From assembly GCA_963818975.1 (NCBI GenBank), contig CAWFUI010000015.1:230979-294978 (forward strand): a DNA stretch of 64,000 bases. The letters are read 5' to 3'. The DNA comes from an uncultured Planctomycetota bacterium (GTDB taxonomy: Bacteria > Planctomycetota > Planctomycetia > Isosphaerales > Isosphaeraceae). The position numbers and the translations under genes were made by a program. Below the pieces are notes generated by a model, which worked only from the letters and a program-made list of their open reading frames with translations, made no database searches and was not told the DNA's origin. Positions 10,904-21,455 of this stretch are shown in pieces; the stretch's first letter is position 1, and the number at the start of each line of letters is the position of its first letter.

Positions 10904-11448
10904 AGTGTTTCTCCTGTTTTGAGCAACGTGTTGATCTCCTCTCTCAATAGGTATTGCGACGTTTGATGCGTACCGCTTGACGCGTGATCGAGCCAAGCGG
11001 CCGAAGCAGGTTGAGGCAGGGCGTCGAGTCCCAGGCGAGCCAGTCTGTCGACGTTGCGGCTGTATTCCGCCACCGAATAGGCAGGTCGATCGAAGGTGGC
11101 TGCGACAATCCGGGGGTTCGCATCGCCCGCTGGGGTCGACTTGGGAACGCTGTTCTCCTTGGGCAGAGGCGATTCCGCCCCCGTGTTCGAAGCGACGACT
11201 GGAGCTGCACCGAGTGGTCTCGAGGCCGTCGCGATCCAGCCCGCCTCCACCGCGGCGACCAAACCGAAAGTCGCGGCAACCGCCCAGGGCAAGGCGCTGC
11301 GAAATTGCGATGGTTTTACCGCCGAAAGCTCCCCTGAGCGGAACATGAGACGATCGCGGTCGAGTTTGGCTTTTTGAGGAGCAAGCGATGCAAGCGCTTG
11401 CTCGAGCGATTTCAGTTCGTCCGCGTCGATTTCTTCTGGCCTGGACAT
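10900..11448 (-). CDS. putative anti-sigma factor (single-pass membrane protein downstream of ECF sigma)
   Basis: 182 aa with a central TM helix (ALPWAVAATFGLVAAVEAGWIA). Its position immediately 3' of the ECF sigma gene is typical of anti-sigma factors. Confidence 0.5.
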   Translation of the reverse strand: MSRPEEIDADELKSLEQALASLAPQKAKLDRDRLMFRSGELSAVKPSQFRSALPWAVAATFGLVAAVEAGWIATASRPLGAAPVVASNTGAESPLPKENSVPKSTPAGDANPRIVAATFDRPAYSVAEYSRNVDRLARLGLDALPQPASAAWLDHASSGTHQTSQYLLREEINTLLKTGETL

Positions 11449-11995
11449 GTCACCCCCAATCGATCTCTCAGACGTCCTATGGCGGTTTGGTACGTCCTAT
11501 GCAAAGTGCTTGACGACCTTCCGGAAATCTTGCTGATTTGTTCGAACGAAAAGCGCGCCCCAGAGGTGCGCGACGACCACTTCGCGTTCGTCGACCGGCA
11601 GCGACTCGAGCGCTCTCGGTCGCTGCCTCCGGGTCGATGTTTTCGGAGGAATGGAGACTCGGTGGCGCGAACCAAGCCGTCCTGGACGCTCCAGCTTGGC
11701 TCTCGTGGCGTTTACGCCTGCCTGCCGCCTTGGCTGCGTTGATCGAACCATTGCGCACAGCCCTGTAGAGCCATGCGCAAACATCGCTAGGCATGGTCTG
11801 GAGCCCAACCAGCTTGAGGAACGCTTCCTGGACCACGTCCTCGGGCGTATCACAACGCACCCGAGCGAACAGGACGAGCGCGTCGGCGTGGCGGTCGATC
11901 AACTTTCCCAGCAGTTCGGAATCCATCTGATCTCGAAAACGGGCGCCAGGGTCTTCGTTCGATCTATAGACAACGCTCGCAACCCGCCGTCCCAA
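11412..11995 (-). CDS. ECF (sigma-70 family) RNA polymerase sigma factor; two apparent frameshifts
   Basis: Region 2: LLGKLIDRHADALVLFARVRCDTPEDVVQEAFLKLV...AWLYRAVRNGSINAAKA. Region 4 is in two other frames: LESLPVDEREVVVAHLWGAL then SFEQISKISGRSSSTLHRTYQTAIGRLRDRL. Confidence 0.7.
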
Positions 11996-12013
11996 AAAAA
12001 CACGAAAGCCCCG

Positions 12014-12334
12014 CTATCGACTCATGACGTCGATGAGGAAATTGCGGATCCGCTGCCGTTGGAAGATCGAAAGCTTGCCGCTGATTTTGAGAAGCGGAGG
12101 TTTAGCTGGGACCTTCCAGGCGCGGACCCTGAAGGGCTTGGAGGCCCTTAGGTCGGACTCGAGGAATTCGCGGATCAGGCTTCGCCGGGCAGGCGCTAGT
12201 CGACCGCCGACCTTCGGGGGCCTGCCAGGGCGATGGTCGATCGACAGATCGGCGCCGGACGGCAAGCCTTTTCGCAGGAGTCTCCATACAAGAGCTCCCA
12301 CGACGATGAAGAGCAACGTGCGCAGAAGGTTCAT
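12014..12334 (-). CDS. small hypothetical membrane protein
   Basis: 106-aa ORF with an N-terminal TM helix (MNLLRTLLFIVVGALVWRLL). It sits between the M50 protease and the sigma factor on the same strand. Confidence 0.4.
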   Translation of the reverse strand: MNLLRTLLFIVVGALVWRLLRKGLPSGADLSIDHRPGRPPKVGGRLAPARRSLIREFLESDLRASKPFRVRAWKVPAKPPLLKISGKLSIFQRQRIRNFLIDVMSR

Positions 12335-12361
12335 GGAAGTCGCGTACCGCTCGCGCGCGGC

Positions 12362-13141
12362 CTACCTCTTGGATTTCCACCAATCCGCGGGATCGTTCTC
12401 TTCATAGCCGTACGAATGAGCCAACGCTTGATAATATTGGAAGTTCAAGATCGCCAAGATCACCATCATGATCCCGAGATATTGGTTCTTCTGGAGAAAT
12501 CCCCAGAGAGCCAATGCTCCAGCAACGACGATCGACACAATGTGCGTGGTTTTCTGCGGATTCCGCGCTCGGCTCGCCGAGAGCAAGATCGGGGTCATCT
12601 GGCCGCCGTCCAGCGGGTAGATGGGTAAGAGGTTCACCAGACCCCAGGCGAAGTTGATATAAAGCAGTTGAAAGTAGACGAAGAAGAGTAAAGGCCTCCC
12701 GCCGAAAGCGCTCCTCAGCGAGTCGAGCTCCTCTCCTCCAGTAAACAACCCAAGCACTTCGATCGGCTTGGCGCCGAGAAATAAGTAGAACAGCCCCGCG
12801 ATAAGTCCTCCAAAGAGGAAGCCAGCGAAGGGTCCGCATGCGAGCTCGGTCAAACGCTGGCCAGACGAGAGCCTGCCTTTCTCATGAACGCAAAGGCCTC
12901 CAAGTCCGTGCAGCACGATCCAGGGTCTTGCTCCGTTGATCCTCGCAATCACGGCGTGTCCAAGTTCGTGAATCAGGATCGAGACGAACACGCACGCCAC
13001 CCAGGCCAAGATTTCTCGGCCGCCTTTGGCCTGAGCCCCCATGAGCAAAGCGGTAAGCCAGAAGAACGGATGGACTCGTACCGGGAAGTCGCCGAGCGCG
13101 AAATTCCAGTCGTAAGCAGTTCGCTGCGGTTCGCCGATCAT
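12362..13141 (-). CDS. site-2 protease family (peptidase M50) intramembrane metalloprotease
   Basis: HELGHAV zinc-binding motif and the LLPIYPLDGG motif, with multiple TM helices. Confidence 0.8.
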   Translation of the reverse strand: MIGEPQRTAYDWNFALGDFPVRVHPFFWLTALLMGAQAKGGREILAWVACVFVSILIHELGHAVIARINGARPWIVLHGLGGLCVHEKGRLSSGQRLTELACGPFAGFLFGGLIAGLFYLFLGAKPIEVLGLFTGGEELDSLRSAFGGRPLLFFVYFQLLYINFAWGLVNLLPIYPLDGGQMTPILLSASRARNPQKTTHIVSIVVAGALALWGFLQKNQYLGIMMVILAILNFQYYQALAHSYGYEENDPADWWKSKR

Positions 13142-13344
13142 TGGCGTCTCCCTGGACGATCGGCCGCGGAGCAAAGCTTCCGCTTAACGATTCGTCGATC
13201 ATCAGCCTATAGGTCAGGGTACCCCGCAACAAGCCGAGACTGTACGACCTGCCTCTCGAATCAGACTCGAGTCGCCAAGCGCAGCCCCTGGTTCCTCCCA
13301 GGCGGTTGTTGACGAAGCCCGCCGGGTTTGCCAAGACTACTTTC

Positions 13345-14178
13345 ATGAGATTTACGAAGATGCAGGGCATCGGCAACGACTATGTCTACGTCTGCACGTT
13401 TGACCAGACGCCGCCCGCCGACCCCGCCGCGTTGGCAGTGGCGATCAGCGATCGGCACTTTGGCGTCGGGTCCGACGGTCTGATCCTGATCGAGCCGTCC
13501 AGCAAGGCAGACGCTCGGATGCGGATGTTCAACGCGGATGGGTCCGAATCGGAGATGTGCGGCAACGGAGTGCGCTGCGTCGCCAAGTACATTCACGACC
13601 ATGGCCTCGTCAAGAAGCCCAAAGTCACGGTCGAGACCGGTCGAGGGGTGCTTGCTCTCGACTTGGAGACCGAAGCAGGCAAAGTCCAGAGGGTCCGCGT
13701 CGATATGGGCCCGCCGATCCTGAGATCGGAATTGATCCCCACGACGTTGCCAGGCGACCCACCGATCGATATGCCGATCGAAGCCGCGGGCAAAGCGTTC
13801 CATATCACGGCGGTCTCCATGGGCAATCCGCACGCTGTGATCTATGTCGACGACGTACGTGGATACCCTGTTCATGAGTTTGGGGCTGCGATTGAGCGCC
13901 ATCACGCGTTTCCCAAGCGGGTGAACGTCCACTTCGTCCAGGTTCTCGGTCGCGGCGAGGTGCGGATGCGGACGTGGGAGCGCGGGTCGGGAGAGACCTT
14001 GGCCTGCGGCACGGGCGCATGCGCTGTATGCGTGGCCGGCGTTCTCTTAAAAGCAACCGACCGTAAGCTCAAAGCAAACTTGCCTGGCGGCGCGCTCGAG
14101 CTCGATTGGCCCTCTCCCACGGCCTCGGTGTTCATGACGGGTCCAGCGACCGAAGTGTTCTCGGGCGATTGGCCATGA
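13345..14178 (+). CDS. dapF: diaminopimelate epimerase
   Basis: MRFTKMQGIGNDYVYV...GNGVRCVAKY...ACGTGACAV (both catalytic Cys motifs). Confidence 0.9.
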   Translation: MRFTKMQGIGNDYVYVCTFDQTPPADPAALAVAISDRHFGVGSDGLILIEPSSKADARMRMFNADGSESEMCGNGVRCVAKYIHDHGLVKKPKVTVETGRGVLALDLETEAGKVQRVRVDMGPPILRSELIPTTLPGDPPIDMPIEAAGKAFHITAVSMGNPHAVIYVDDVRGYPVHEFGAAIERHHAFPKRVNVHFVQVLGRGEVRMRTWERGSGETLACGTGACAVCVAGVLLKATDRKLKANLPGGALELDWPSPTASVFMTGPATEVFSGDWP

Positions 14179-15056
14179 CCGCTTCGATACTGGACGGAAA
14201 GCTGCTGGCAGAGAGACTTCAGACCGAGATCGCGGCCGAGGCGCGGCGGCTGGCGGAGACCACGGGAGTCGTTCCAGGATTGGCGGCGGTGTTGGTCGGC
14301 GACGATCCCGCAAGCCAGGTCTACGTCCGCAATAAAGAGCGCGCCTGCAACAAGAACGGCTTCCACGCCAAAGTCGTGCGGCTGCCCATTGATACCACCG
14401 AACAGCAGGTATTGGGAGTCGTCGACGGTCTCAACGCCGACCCCAAGGTCCATGGGATTTTGGTTCAGCTCCCCCTGCCCTCTTCGATCCGCGCCCACAC
14501 AGTGATCGACCGGGTCGACCCCAGGAAGGACGTCGACGGTTTTCATCCCATAAACGCCGGCTTGCTAGCGACGGGCAGGCCCAGATTCGTCGCATGTACG
14601 CCACTTGGAATTCAGAAATTGTTGATGCATTATGGAATTGCCCTGCGAGGTTCCCGCGTGGTCGTGTTGGGCAGGTCGTCGACGGTCGGAACGCCCATGG
14701 CCCTGCTGCTCTTACAGAAAGGGGACGGCGGCGATGCAACCGTCACGGTCTGCCACAGCGCCACCAAGGATGTGGAAGAGGTTTCGAAGACCGCCGACGT
14801 CCTGATCGCCGCGATCGGCAAGCCCGAAATCGTCCGCGGCCCATGGATCAAGCCAGGCGCCGCGGTGGTCGACGTGGGAATCCATAAGCGAGACGATGGA
14901 TCGCTCTGCGGCGACGTCGCCTTCGAAGAAGTTCGCGAAAAAGCGTCCTGGATCAGTCCCGTCCCCGGCGGCGTCGGACCTCTGACGATCGCCATGCTTC
15001 TGGCAAACACTTTGAAATCCGCCGGTTTGATTTCTCGAGAGAACTTAAAAGCATGA
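14175..15056 (+). CDS. folD: bifunctional methylenetetrahydrofolate dehydrogenase/cyclohydrolase
   Basis: MTASILDGKLLAE...VGDDPASQVYVRNK...TPLGIQKLL...GRSSTVGTPMALLL...PVPGGVGPLTIAML. The ATGA overlap with the dapF stop suggests an operon. Confidence 0.9.
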   Translation: MTASILDGKLLAERLQTEIAAEARRLAETTGVVPGLAAVLVGDDPASQVYVRNKERACNKNGFHAKVVRLPIDTTEQQVLGVVDGLNADPKVHGILVQLPLPSSIRAHTVIDRVDPRKDVDGFHPINAGLLATGRPRFVACTPLGIQKLLMHYGIALRGSRVVVLGRSSTVGTPMALLLLQKGDGGDATVTVCHSATKDVEEVSKTADVLIAAIGKPEIVRGPWIKPGAAVVDVGIHKRDDGSLCGDVAFEEVREKASWISPVPGGVGPLTIAMLLANTLKSAGLISRENLKA

Positions 15057-15883
15057 TCAAGTTTGGAATTTGCAACGAGCTTTTCGAGGATTGGGGCTTT
15101 AGAGAGACGTGCGAGACGATTAAGAAGTTGGGATACGACGGGGTCGAAATCGCTCCGTTTACCCTGGCGCAGCGGATCGTCGATTTGCCGAGCCAGCGAC
15201 TCAGCGACTTGGCGAGCGTCGTCTCGGACGCCGGGTTGGAGACGATTGGTCTGCACTGGCTTCTGGCGAAAACCGAGGGTTTTCACCTGACTTCGTCCGA
15301 CAAAGCGGTGCGCGGACGGACGGGCGACTATCTCATCGAGCTTGGTCGCGTGACGAAGGAGCTTGGCGGCAATCTCATGGTCCTTGGTTCGCCCAAGCAG
15401 CGGGACGTGCTCAATGGCGTGTCGTACGATGCCGCGATGAACTATGCGGTCGAGGTGCTCACGAAGGTTTCCACCGAACTCGGCTCGATGGGCCTGGATC
15501 TTTGTTTCGAACCGTTGGCGCCCAGCGAGACGAACTTCGTGAACACCTGCGCAGAAGCCAACGCGTTGATCGCGCGCGTGGGCCTGCCGAATTTCAAGCT
15601 GCACATGGACGTCAAGGCGCAGAGCAGCGAGCGTACGGCGACGGTTCCCGAGCTAATTCGCAAGCACGCCCGAACCGCTGGGCACTTTCATGCGCAGGAC
15701 GTGAACATGAAGGGTCCAGGGATGGGTGAGGTCGATTTCGTACCAATCCTTGAGGCCCTGGTCGATTCGGGTTACGACCGCTGGGTCTCGGTCGAGGTGT
15801 TCGATTTCAGTCCAGGCCCCGAGGCGACGGCGTCGAAGAGCATCGCTACGCTGAAGTCGGCTCTGGCAAAGGCGACGCCCTGA
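15053..15883 (+). CDS. sugar phosphate isomerase/epimerase (xylose-isomerase-like TIM barrel)
   Basis: MIKFGICNELFEDW...GYDGVEI...HMDVKAQ...DRWVSVEVFDF. The ATGA overlap with folD suggests an operon. Confidence 0.75.
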   Translation: MIKFGICNELFEDWGFRETCETIKKLGYDGVEIAPFTLAQRIVDLPSQRLSDLASVVSDAGLETIGLHWLLAKTEGFHLTSSDKAVRGRTGDYLIELGRVTKELGGNLMVLGSPKQRDVLNGVSYDAAMNYAVEVLTKVSTELGSMGLDLCFEPLAPSETNFVNTCAEANALIARVGLPNFKLHMDVKAQSSERTATVPELIRKHARTAGHFHAQDVNMKGPGMGEVDFVPILEALVDSGYDRWVSVEVFDFSPGPEATASKSIATLKSALAKATP

Positions 15884-15894
15884 GCAACGGAAAA

Positions 15895-15923
15895 GGCCGC
15901 GGCGATCAGTGATCGCCGCGGCC
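15895..15923. terminator. perfect 29-nt palindrome (GGCCGCGGCGATCAGTGATCGCCGCGGCC) between convergent genes; candidate bidirectional terminator
   Basis: A 14-bp perfect inverted repeat around a single central base, lying in the 76-bp gap between the convergent 3' ends at 15883 and 15960. Confidence 0.5.
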
Positions 15924-15959
15924 GATCGTGATGGGTTGTTCGCCCCGCCGTGCGAAGCC

Positions 15960-16619
15960 TCAGACCTTGGTCTCGGGGTTCACGAACTTGAAGACAAACG
16001 CAGCCAACGCTCCAGCAGCGAACTCGCTTACCAGGAAGATCCAGATGCTCGAGATCGGCTTGAGGCCCATGGCCGTGATTCCCGTCGCGACCGCTGGGTT
16101 GAACGCCCCACCGGAGATGTTGCCCACAGCGTACGCACCGGTAACAACCGTGAATCCGATCGCCAGGCCGTAGAACGAATTTCCAGACGTTCCCTGCGCC
16201 GTGGCCACGTTGAGCACGACGTAGCAGAGAGCGAACGTGAACAGGAACTCGGCGATCAATCCGTCTAACATTGGCACAGGCAAGGGTTCAGGCGTGAACC
16301 CGTGCTTCAGGAAACGGACGAGCCCCGCCGCGGCCAATGCGCCAAGGATTTGTGCAAGCCAATAAAAGGGGACGTCCTTGATCTCGCACTTGCCTCTCAG
16401 CCAGACCGCCAGGGTCACCGCTGGGTTGTAGTGCCCGCCGGAGATGTGCCCGCCAGCGAAGATCATGACCATCAGGCTCGACCCTATTGCCAACCCAGCC
16501 AGAATGCCGGCGTTGCCGTAGCCTTCTGTTTTGGAAGAATCGATCACCGTCATGCCGACGGTAAACACAAGGAAAAACGTACCGATGAACTCAACGATGT
16601 ACTTACGCATGAAGAACAA
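15960..16619 (-). CDS. aqpZ: aquaporin Z (MIP family water channel)
   Basis: Two NPA boxes (GGHYNPAVT and GGAFNPAVA), six TM segments and 219 aa. Confidence 0.9.
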   Translation of the reverse strand: MFFMRKYIVEFIGTFFLVFTVGMTVIDSSKTEGYGNAGILAGLAIGSSLMVMIFAGGHISGGHYNPAVTLAVWLRGKCEIKDVPFYWLAQILGALAAAGLVRFLKHGFTPEPLPVPMLDGLIAEFLFTFALCYVVLNVATAQGTSGNSFYGLAIGFTVVTGAYAVGNISGGAFNPAVATGITAMGLKPISSIWIFLVSEFAAGALAAFVFKFVNPETKV

Positions 16620-16803
16620 CCCCTACAGAGTGCGCAACCGATCGTATGCGATGGGCCTCGACGAAAGACCACGCGAATCCGCCTTAAATCAAATTGTGAC
16701 ACATGATTGGAGAAAGGCTGGACGGTGACTGTCTTATTCGCTCCAGAGACCAGCGTCAACAGACCGGTGACGGCGTCCTTGGTTCGGGCCTGGCGTCTTT
16801 CAG

Positions 16804-18618
16804 CTAAATCCGGCAGATCAAAAGCTCGCGTTCGTAGATGGTTTCCGGCGGCAAGCGGTCGTGAAGTTCGATGAAAAGCTCCTCGTGGGCAAGCACCTCC
16901 GCCCGCCATTCGCCGCGGTCAAAAGCCTGGAGCTGCTCGAATTTTTCCTTGGGGAACTCGAGTCCCTTCCACTCGATGTCCGCATAGCGCGGGGTCCAGC
17001 CGATGGGCGTCTCCTTGCCGAGAGCCCTGCCTCGGACGCGATCGACGATCCACTTGAGAACCCGCATGTTCTCGCGGAAGCCAGGCCAAATGAACTTGCC
17101 TGCCGCGTCTTTGCGGAACCAGTTGACGTGGAAGATCCTGGGCGTCTCCGAGAGATCCCGTTGCATCCGGAGCCAATGCCTGAAGTAATCGCCCATGTGA
17201 TACCCGCAGAAAGGCCTCATGGCCATTGGGTCTCGCCTGAGCTGGCCAAGCGCCCCTTCCGCCGCGGCGGTCGTCTCCGACCCCATCGTCGCGCCGATGT
17301 AGACCCCTGCGCTTCAGTTGAACGCTTGATACACCAGCGGCGTCGTTGTTGCGCGGCGGCCGCCGAAGATGATCGCGCTGATCGGGGCCCCTTGTGGATC
17401 CTCCCATGCTGGATCGATGGTGGGGCACTGGGCAGCAGGCGCTGTGAACCGCGCATTCGGGTGCGCCGCCTTCGCGCCTGTGTCCTTGGCGAGCGCTGGA
17501 GTCCAGCGGTTCCCCTTCCAGTCGATGCACTCTTCCGGAGGCTCGTCGGTCATCCCTTCCCACCAGACGCCCCCATCATGCGTGAGCGCGACATTCGTGA
17601 AGATCGTGTTCCGCGATAACGCCGCCATCGCGTTTGGGTTGGTTTTTTTCGAAGTTCCCGGCGCCACTCCAAAGAACCCAGCCTCGGGGTTGATTGCACG
17701 AAGCCGCTTGTCCGCGTCGGGCTTGAGCCAGGCGATGTCCTCGCCCACCGTCCAGATCTTCCAACCCTCGAAACCCTCCGGCGGAATCAGCATTGCGAAG
17801 TTCGTCTTGCCGCAGCCCGAAGGGAACGCCGCGGCAACGTACGTTTTTTCTCCTTTGGGGTCCTCCACGCCAAGTATGAGCATGTGCTCGGCCATCCATC
17901 CTTCGTCGCGGGCGAGGTTCGAGGCGATCCTCAGCGCAAAGCACTTCTTGCCCAGTAGCGCGTTGCCGCCGTACCCCGAACCGTAAGACCAGATTTCGCG
18001 CTTTTCGGGGAAGTGGACGATGTACTTCTCTTTGTTGCACGGCCAGGCGACGTCTTTCTGGCCAGGCGCCAGCGGAGCACCAACCGTGTGCATGCAAGGC
18101 ACAACCCGCTTCTCGTCCTTGTCGATCTCCGCGAAGACCGGCAGGCCAATCCGCGCCATGATCCGCATGTTGACGACGACGTAAGGCGAATCGGTCAGTT
18201 GCACGCCGATCTGCGACATCGGCGAGCCAACGGGCCCCATGCTGAACGGAAGCACGTACATCGTCCTTCCACGCATCGATCCGTCGAACAAAGTCTTGAG
18301 CCTCCGACGCATCTTGAACGGATCTTCCCAATTGTTGGTCGGTCCCGCCGCCTCTTTGGAATACGAACAGATGAACGTCCTGTCCTCGACCCTTGCCACA
18401 TCGCCGGGGTCCGACCGAGCCAGGAAGCAACCAGGCCAGAGCTGCTGGTTCAGCTTGATCAGCGATCCGCTCGAGACCATTTGGTCGCAAAGGGCGTCGT
18501 ATTCTTCGATCGAACCGTCCACCCAGTGAATCGCGTCGGGCGCGGTCAGCCTGGCCATCTTCTCGACCCATTTCAGAAGGTGGATGTTTTTGGAGAGCGG
18601 GGTCGATGGGTCGTTCAT
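16804..18618 (-). CDS. pckG: phosphoenolpyruvate carboxykinase (GTP); one apparent frameshift near 17290-17310
   Basis: [30 protein letters not shown] (kinase-1a) and [18 protein letters not shown]. The C-terminal 160 aa ([18 protein letters not shown]...) are in a second frame. Start chosen at [20 protein letters not shown]. Confidence 0.9.
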
Positions 18619-18910
18619 GCTTCGTTCCGGACTTGGTTGGGTCGCCTTTTTCCGCCCACTATGGGGCGATTTCCGATCAGCCAGCATGATCGGACAAGCC
18701 AGGCCGGTCCAGCCCAGCACCGCCAACTCGACGCCCAGGACGGCTTTCGTCAACGAATTTCGGTGTAAGGAAGATTATCGGCGAGATTGCAAAAACGCTG
18801 GCGAAAGGGTTATGTTGGGGTCGATTCCGGTTCTATGAACCCGGTCGACCCGAACGGCATGGGCGCGACCCGGGCGGGTCTTTGTTTCGAGACGGAGCAG
18901 TGCGAACGAA

Positions 18911-21372
18911 ATGGCGAAGAGGGATCGTAGGGGCGTTTCGAAGGATGGAAAAAGGCCTGCGCCAGTCGCGAGGTCATTGAGATCCTCCCACTCGCCGAAG
19001 CTGCCCGCTCGCGATACCTGAACTACGCCCTCAGCGTCATTACCTCACGCGCCCTCCCCGACGTCCGCGACGGCCTCAAACCCGTCCAAAGGCGTATCCT
19101 CTACGCTCTTTGGAACGATCTAAACATTACGGCCACAAGTCGATACGTCAAATCGGCCGCGATCGTCGGCGAGGTGATGAAGACCTATCACCCGCACGGC
19201 GATCAGGCGATCTACGACGCCTTAGTCCGTATGGCGCAAGACTTTAGCTTGCGCTATCCGCTAATCGACGGCTATGGCAATTTCGGTTCGATCGACGGCG
19301 ATCCACCTGCGGCGTATCGCTATACCGAGGCAAGACTTACACCGATCGCCGAAGAGCTCTTGATCGAACTGAGAGACGCCACGGTCGATTATCGACCGAA
19401 TTACTCGGCGACTGCGGAAGAGCCGATCGTCATACCCGCACGGGTCCCCAACCTGCTCATCAACGGCGCCTCGGGAATCGCTGTCGGCATGGCAACGAAC
19501 ATCCCGCCGCACAACATCAAGGAGGTGACCGGGGCGCTCGTTGCACTTCTCGACAATCGAGAGCTAAACCCCGACAAACTCTTGAAGTTTGTCCATGGTC
19601 CCGATTTCCCGACTGGCGGGGTCATCCTCAACTCGCCCGAGGAAATCCGCCTCATCTATGCGACGGGCCAAGGATCGATTCGCTTGAGGGGCACGCATAT
19701 GCGCGAGCCCGAGAAACCGAACGTCGTCTTTATCGATTCCATTCCGTACGGCATCGAAAAAGACGCGCTCGTTCAGCGCATTGGCGAACTGATCTCCAAA
19801 GGCCAAGTTCCCCAGCTCACGAACGTCAAAGACCTTTCCACCGACGAAATCCGCATCGCCCTGGAGCTCAAGCCGGGGTCGAACGCCGACGCAGCTCTTG
19901 CATATTTATACAAGAATACGAATCTGCAAACGAACTTTGGAGTGAACCTGACGTGCCTGCTGCCGGCGGCGGGCGCCGAAGTGGCCGTGCCCGACCGCCT
20001 TGACTTGAAGACGATTCTCGAGCACTTCCTCGACTTCAGGCTCGACATCGTGACCCGCAGGCTCCAGCACGAGCTCGAGAACCTCAAGAAGCGAATCCAT
20101 ATCCTCGAAGGCTTCGCGATCGTCTTCAACAATCTGGACGAGGCGATCCGGATCATCAGAGCGTCCGACGGCAAGGCCGACGCTGCGCCCAAATTGATGA
20201 CGAGGTTCGACCTCTCCGACCTCCAGGCCGATGCAGTGCTCGAAACCAAGCTCTACCGCCTGGGCAAGCTCGAAATCAAAGACATCGTCGGCGAGCTCAA
20301 GGAAAAGCGAGCCCGGGCCAAGGAGATTCAGGCTCTCTTGAACAACGAGTCGGCCCGCTGGCAGATCATTCGCGACGAGCTCAAAGAGGTTTCCCGAAAG
20401 TACGGCGACGCCCGGCGAACCAAGATCGAGGAAGCACAGACGGTCGAATTCCGCGAGGAAGACTATATCGTCGACGAGGACGCCTGGGTCATCGTTACCC
20501 GCGACGGTTGGATCAAGCGACAAAAGACGTTTACCGACGTCGCCAGCATCCGGGTGCGCGACGACGACAGGGTGGGCTGGGTTTATCGAGCCAAGGCCAC
20601 CAAGACGCTCACCTTTTTCACCGATCGGGGAGTCGGCTATACGATGCGGGTCAACGACGTGCCGATGACGACCGGACACGGCGAGCCGATCCAAACCCAT
20701 TTCGCCTTTGACGATCAAGAGCATGTGGTGGGAGTGGTGTGTCATGACCCGCGCTGTCTGCCGCCCGCGACTGTTGCCGCCTTGAAGGGCGCATCCGAGC
20801 CCGACGATCATTTCCTCTCGGCCGAGCTGGCGGAGGCCGCGAGGTCGAACGGCCATTCGACCAACGGAGTGGTTCCTCCGCCGCCTTACGGACTTGCTCT
20901 TACCGCAGGCGGCAAGGTTCTCAGGTTTGCGCTTTCCCAGCACGCCTCCGTCTCGACCAAGAAGGGCAGAAGCGTTGTCAGGCTCGACGCCGACTTCAAG
21001 GACGACGTGGTCGTCGGGGTCGAAGCGACCGACGGGACCGAAAACGTTTGCCTGGCGACAAAGAGCGCTCGTGTGTTGATCTTCCCTGTGACCGAGGCCA
21101 ACGTCGTCGCCGGAGTGGCCAAGGGCGTTTTGGCGATCAAGCTCGACCCCAAGGACAAAGTGATCGGCTTTACGCTCGCCAACCGCAAGCGGGACGGCCT
21201 GGAGGTTCGGACCAGCCGGGGCGCGTCGATGATCGTCAGGGCCACGAAATATCCCGTCGCCTCGCGCGGCGGCAAAGGCTATGCAGTGCTCCAGCGAGGC
21301 AGCCTCGATTCAGTGATCCACGCCGAGGCCGAGCCCATTCCGCCGATGGAAGACGTGGTCGAAGAGAAGTGA
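18911..21372 (+). CDS. type IIA DNA topoisomerase subunit A (GyrA/ParC family); frameshift near 18950
   Basis: RALPDVRDGLKPVQRRILYAL...KTYHPHGDQAIYDALVRMAQDFSLRYPLIDGYGNFGS (catalytic Tyr region), followed by a beta-pinwheel C-terminal domain. The ATG at 18911 (MAKRDRRGVSKDGKRPAPVA) joins the main frame after a 1-nt slip. Confidence 0.85.
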
Positions 21373-21455
21373 GAGTAACAACAAGGACGTAGCAGGCGTA
21401 CTCTTGGTTTGAATGCATGCCAAGTCGTTAGTATTGAACGAACAAGGATTGAGCG

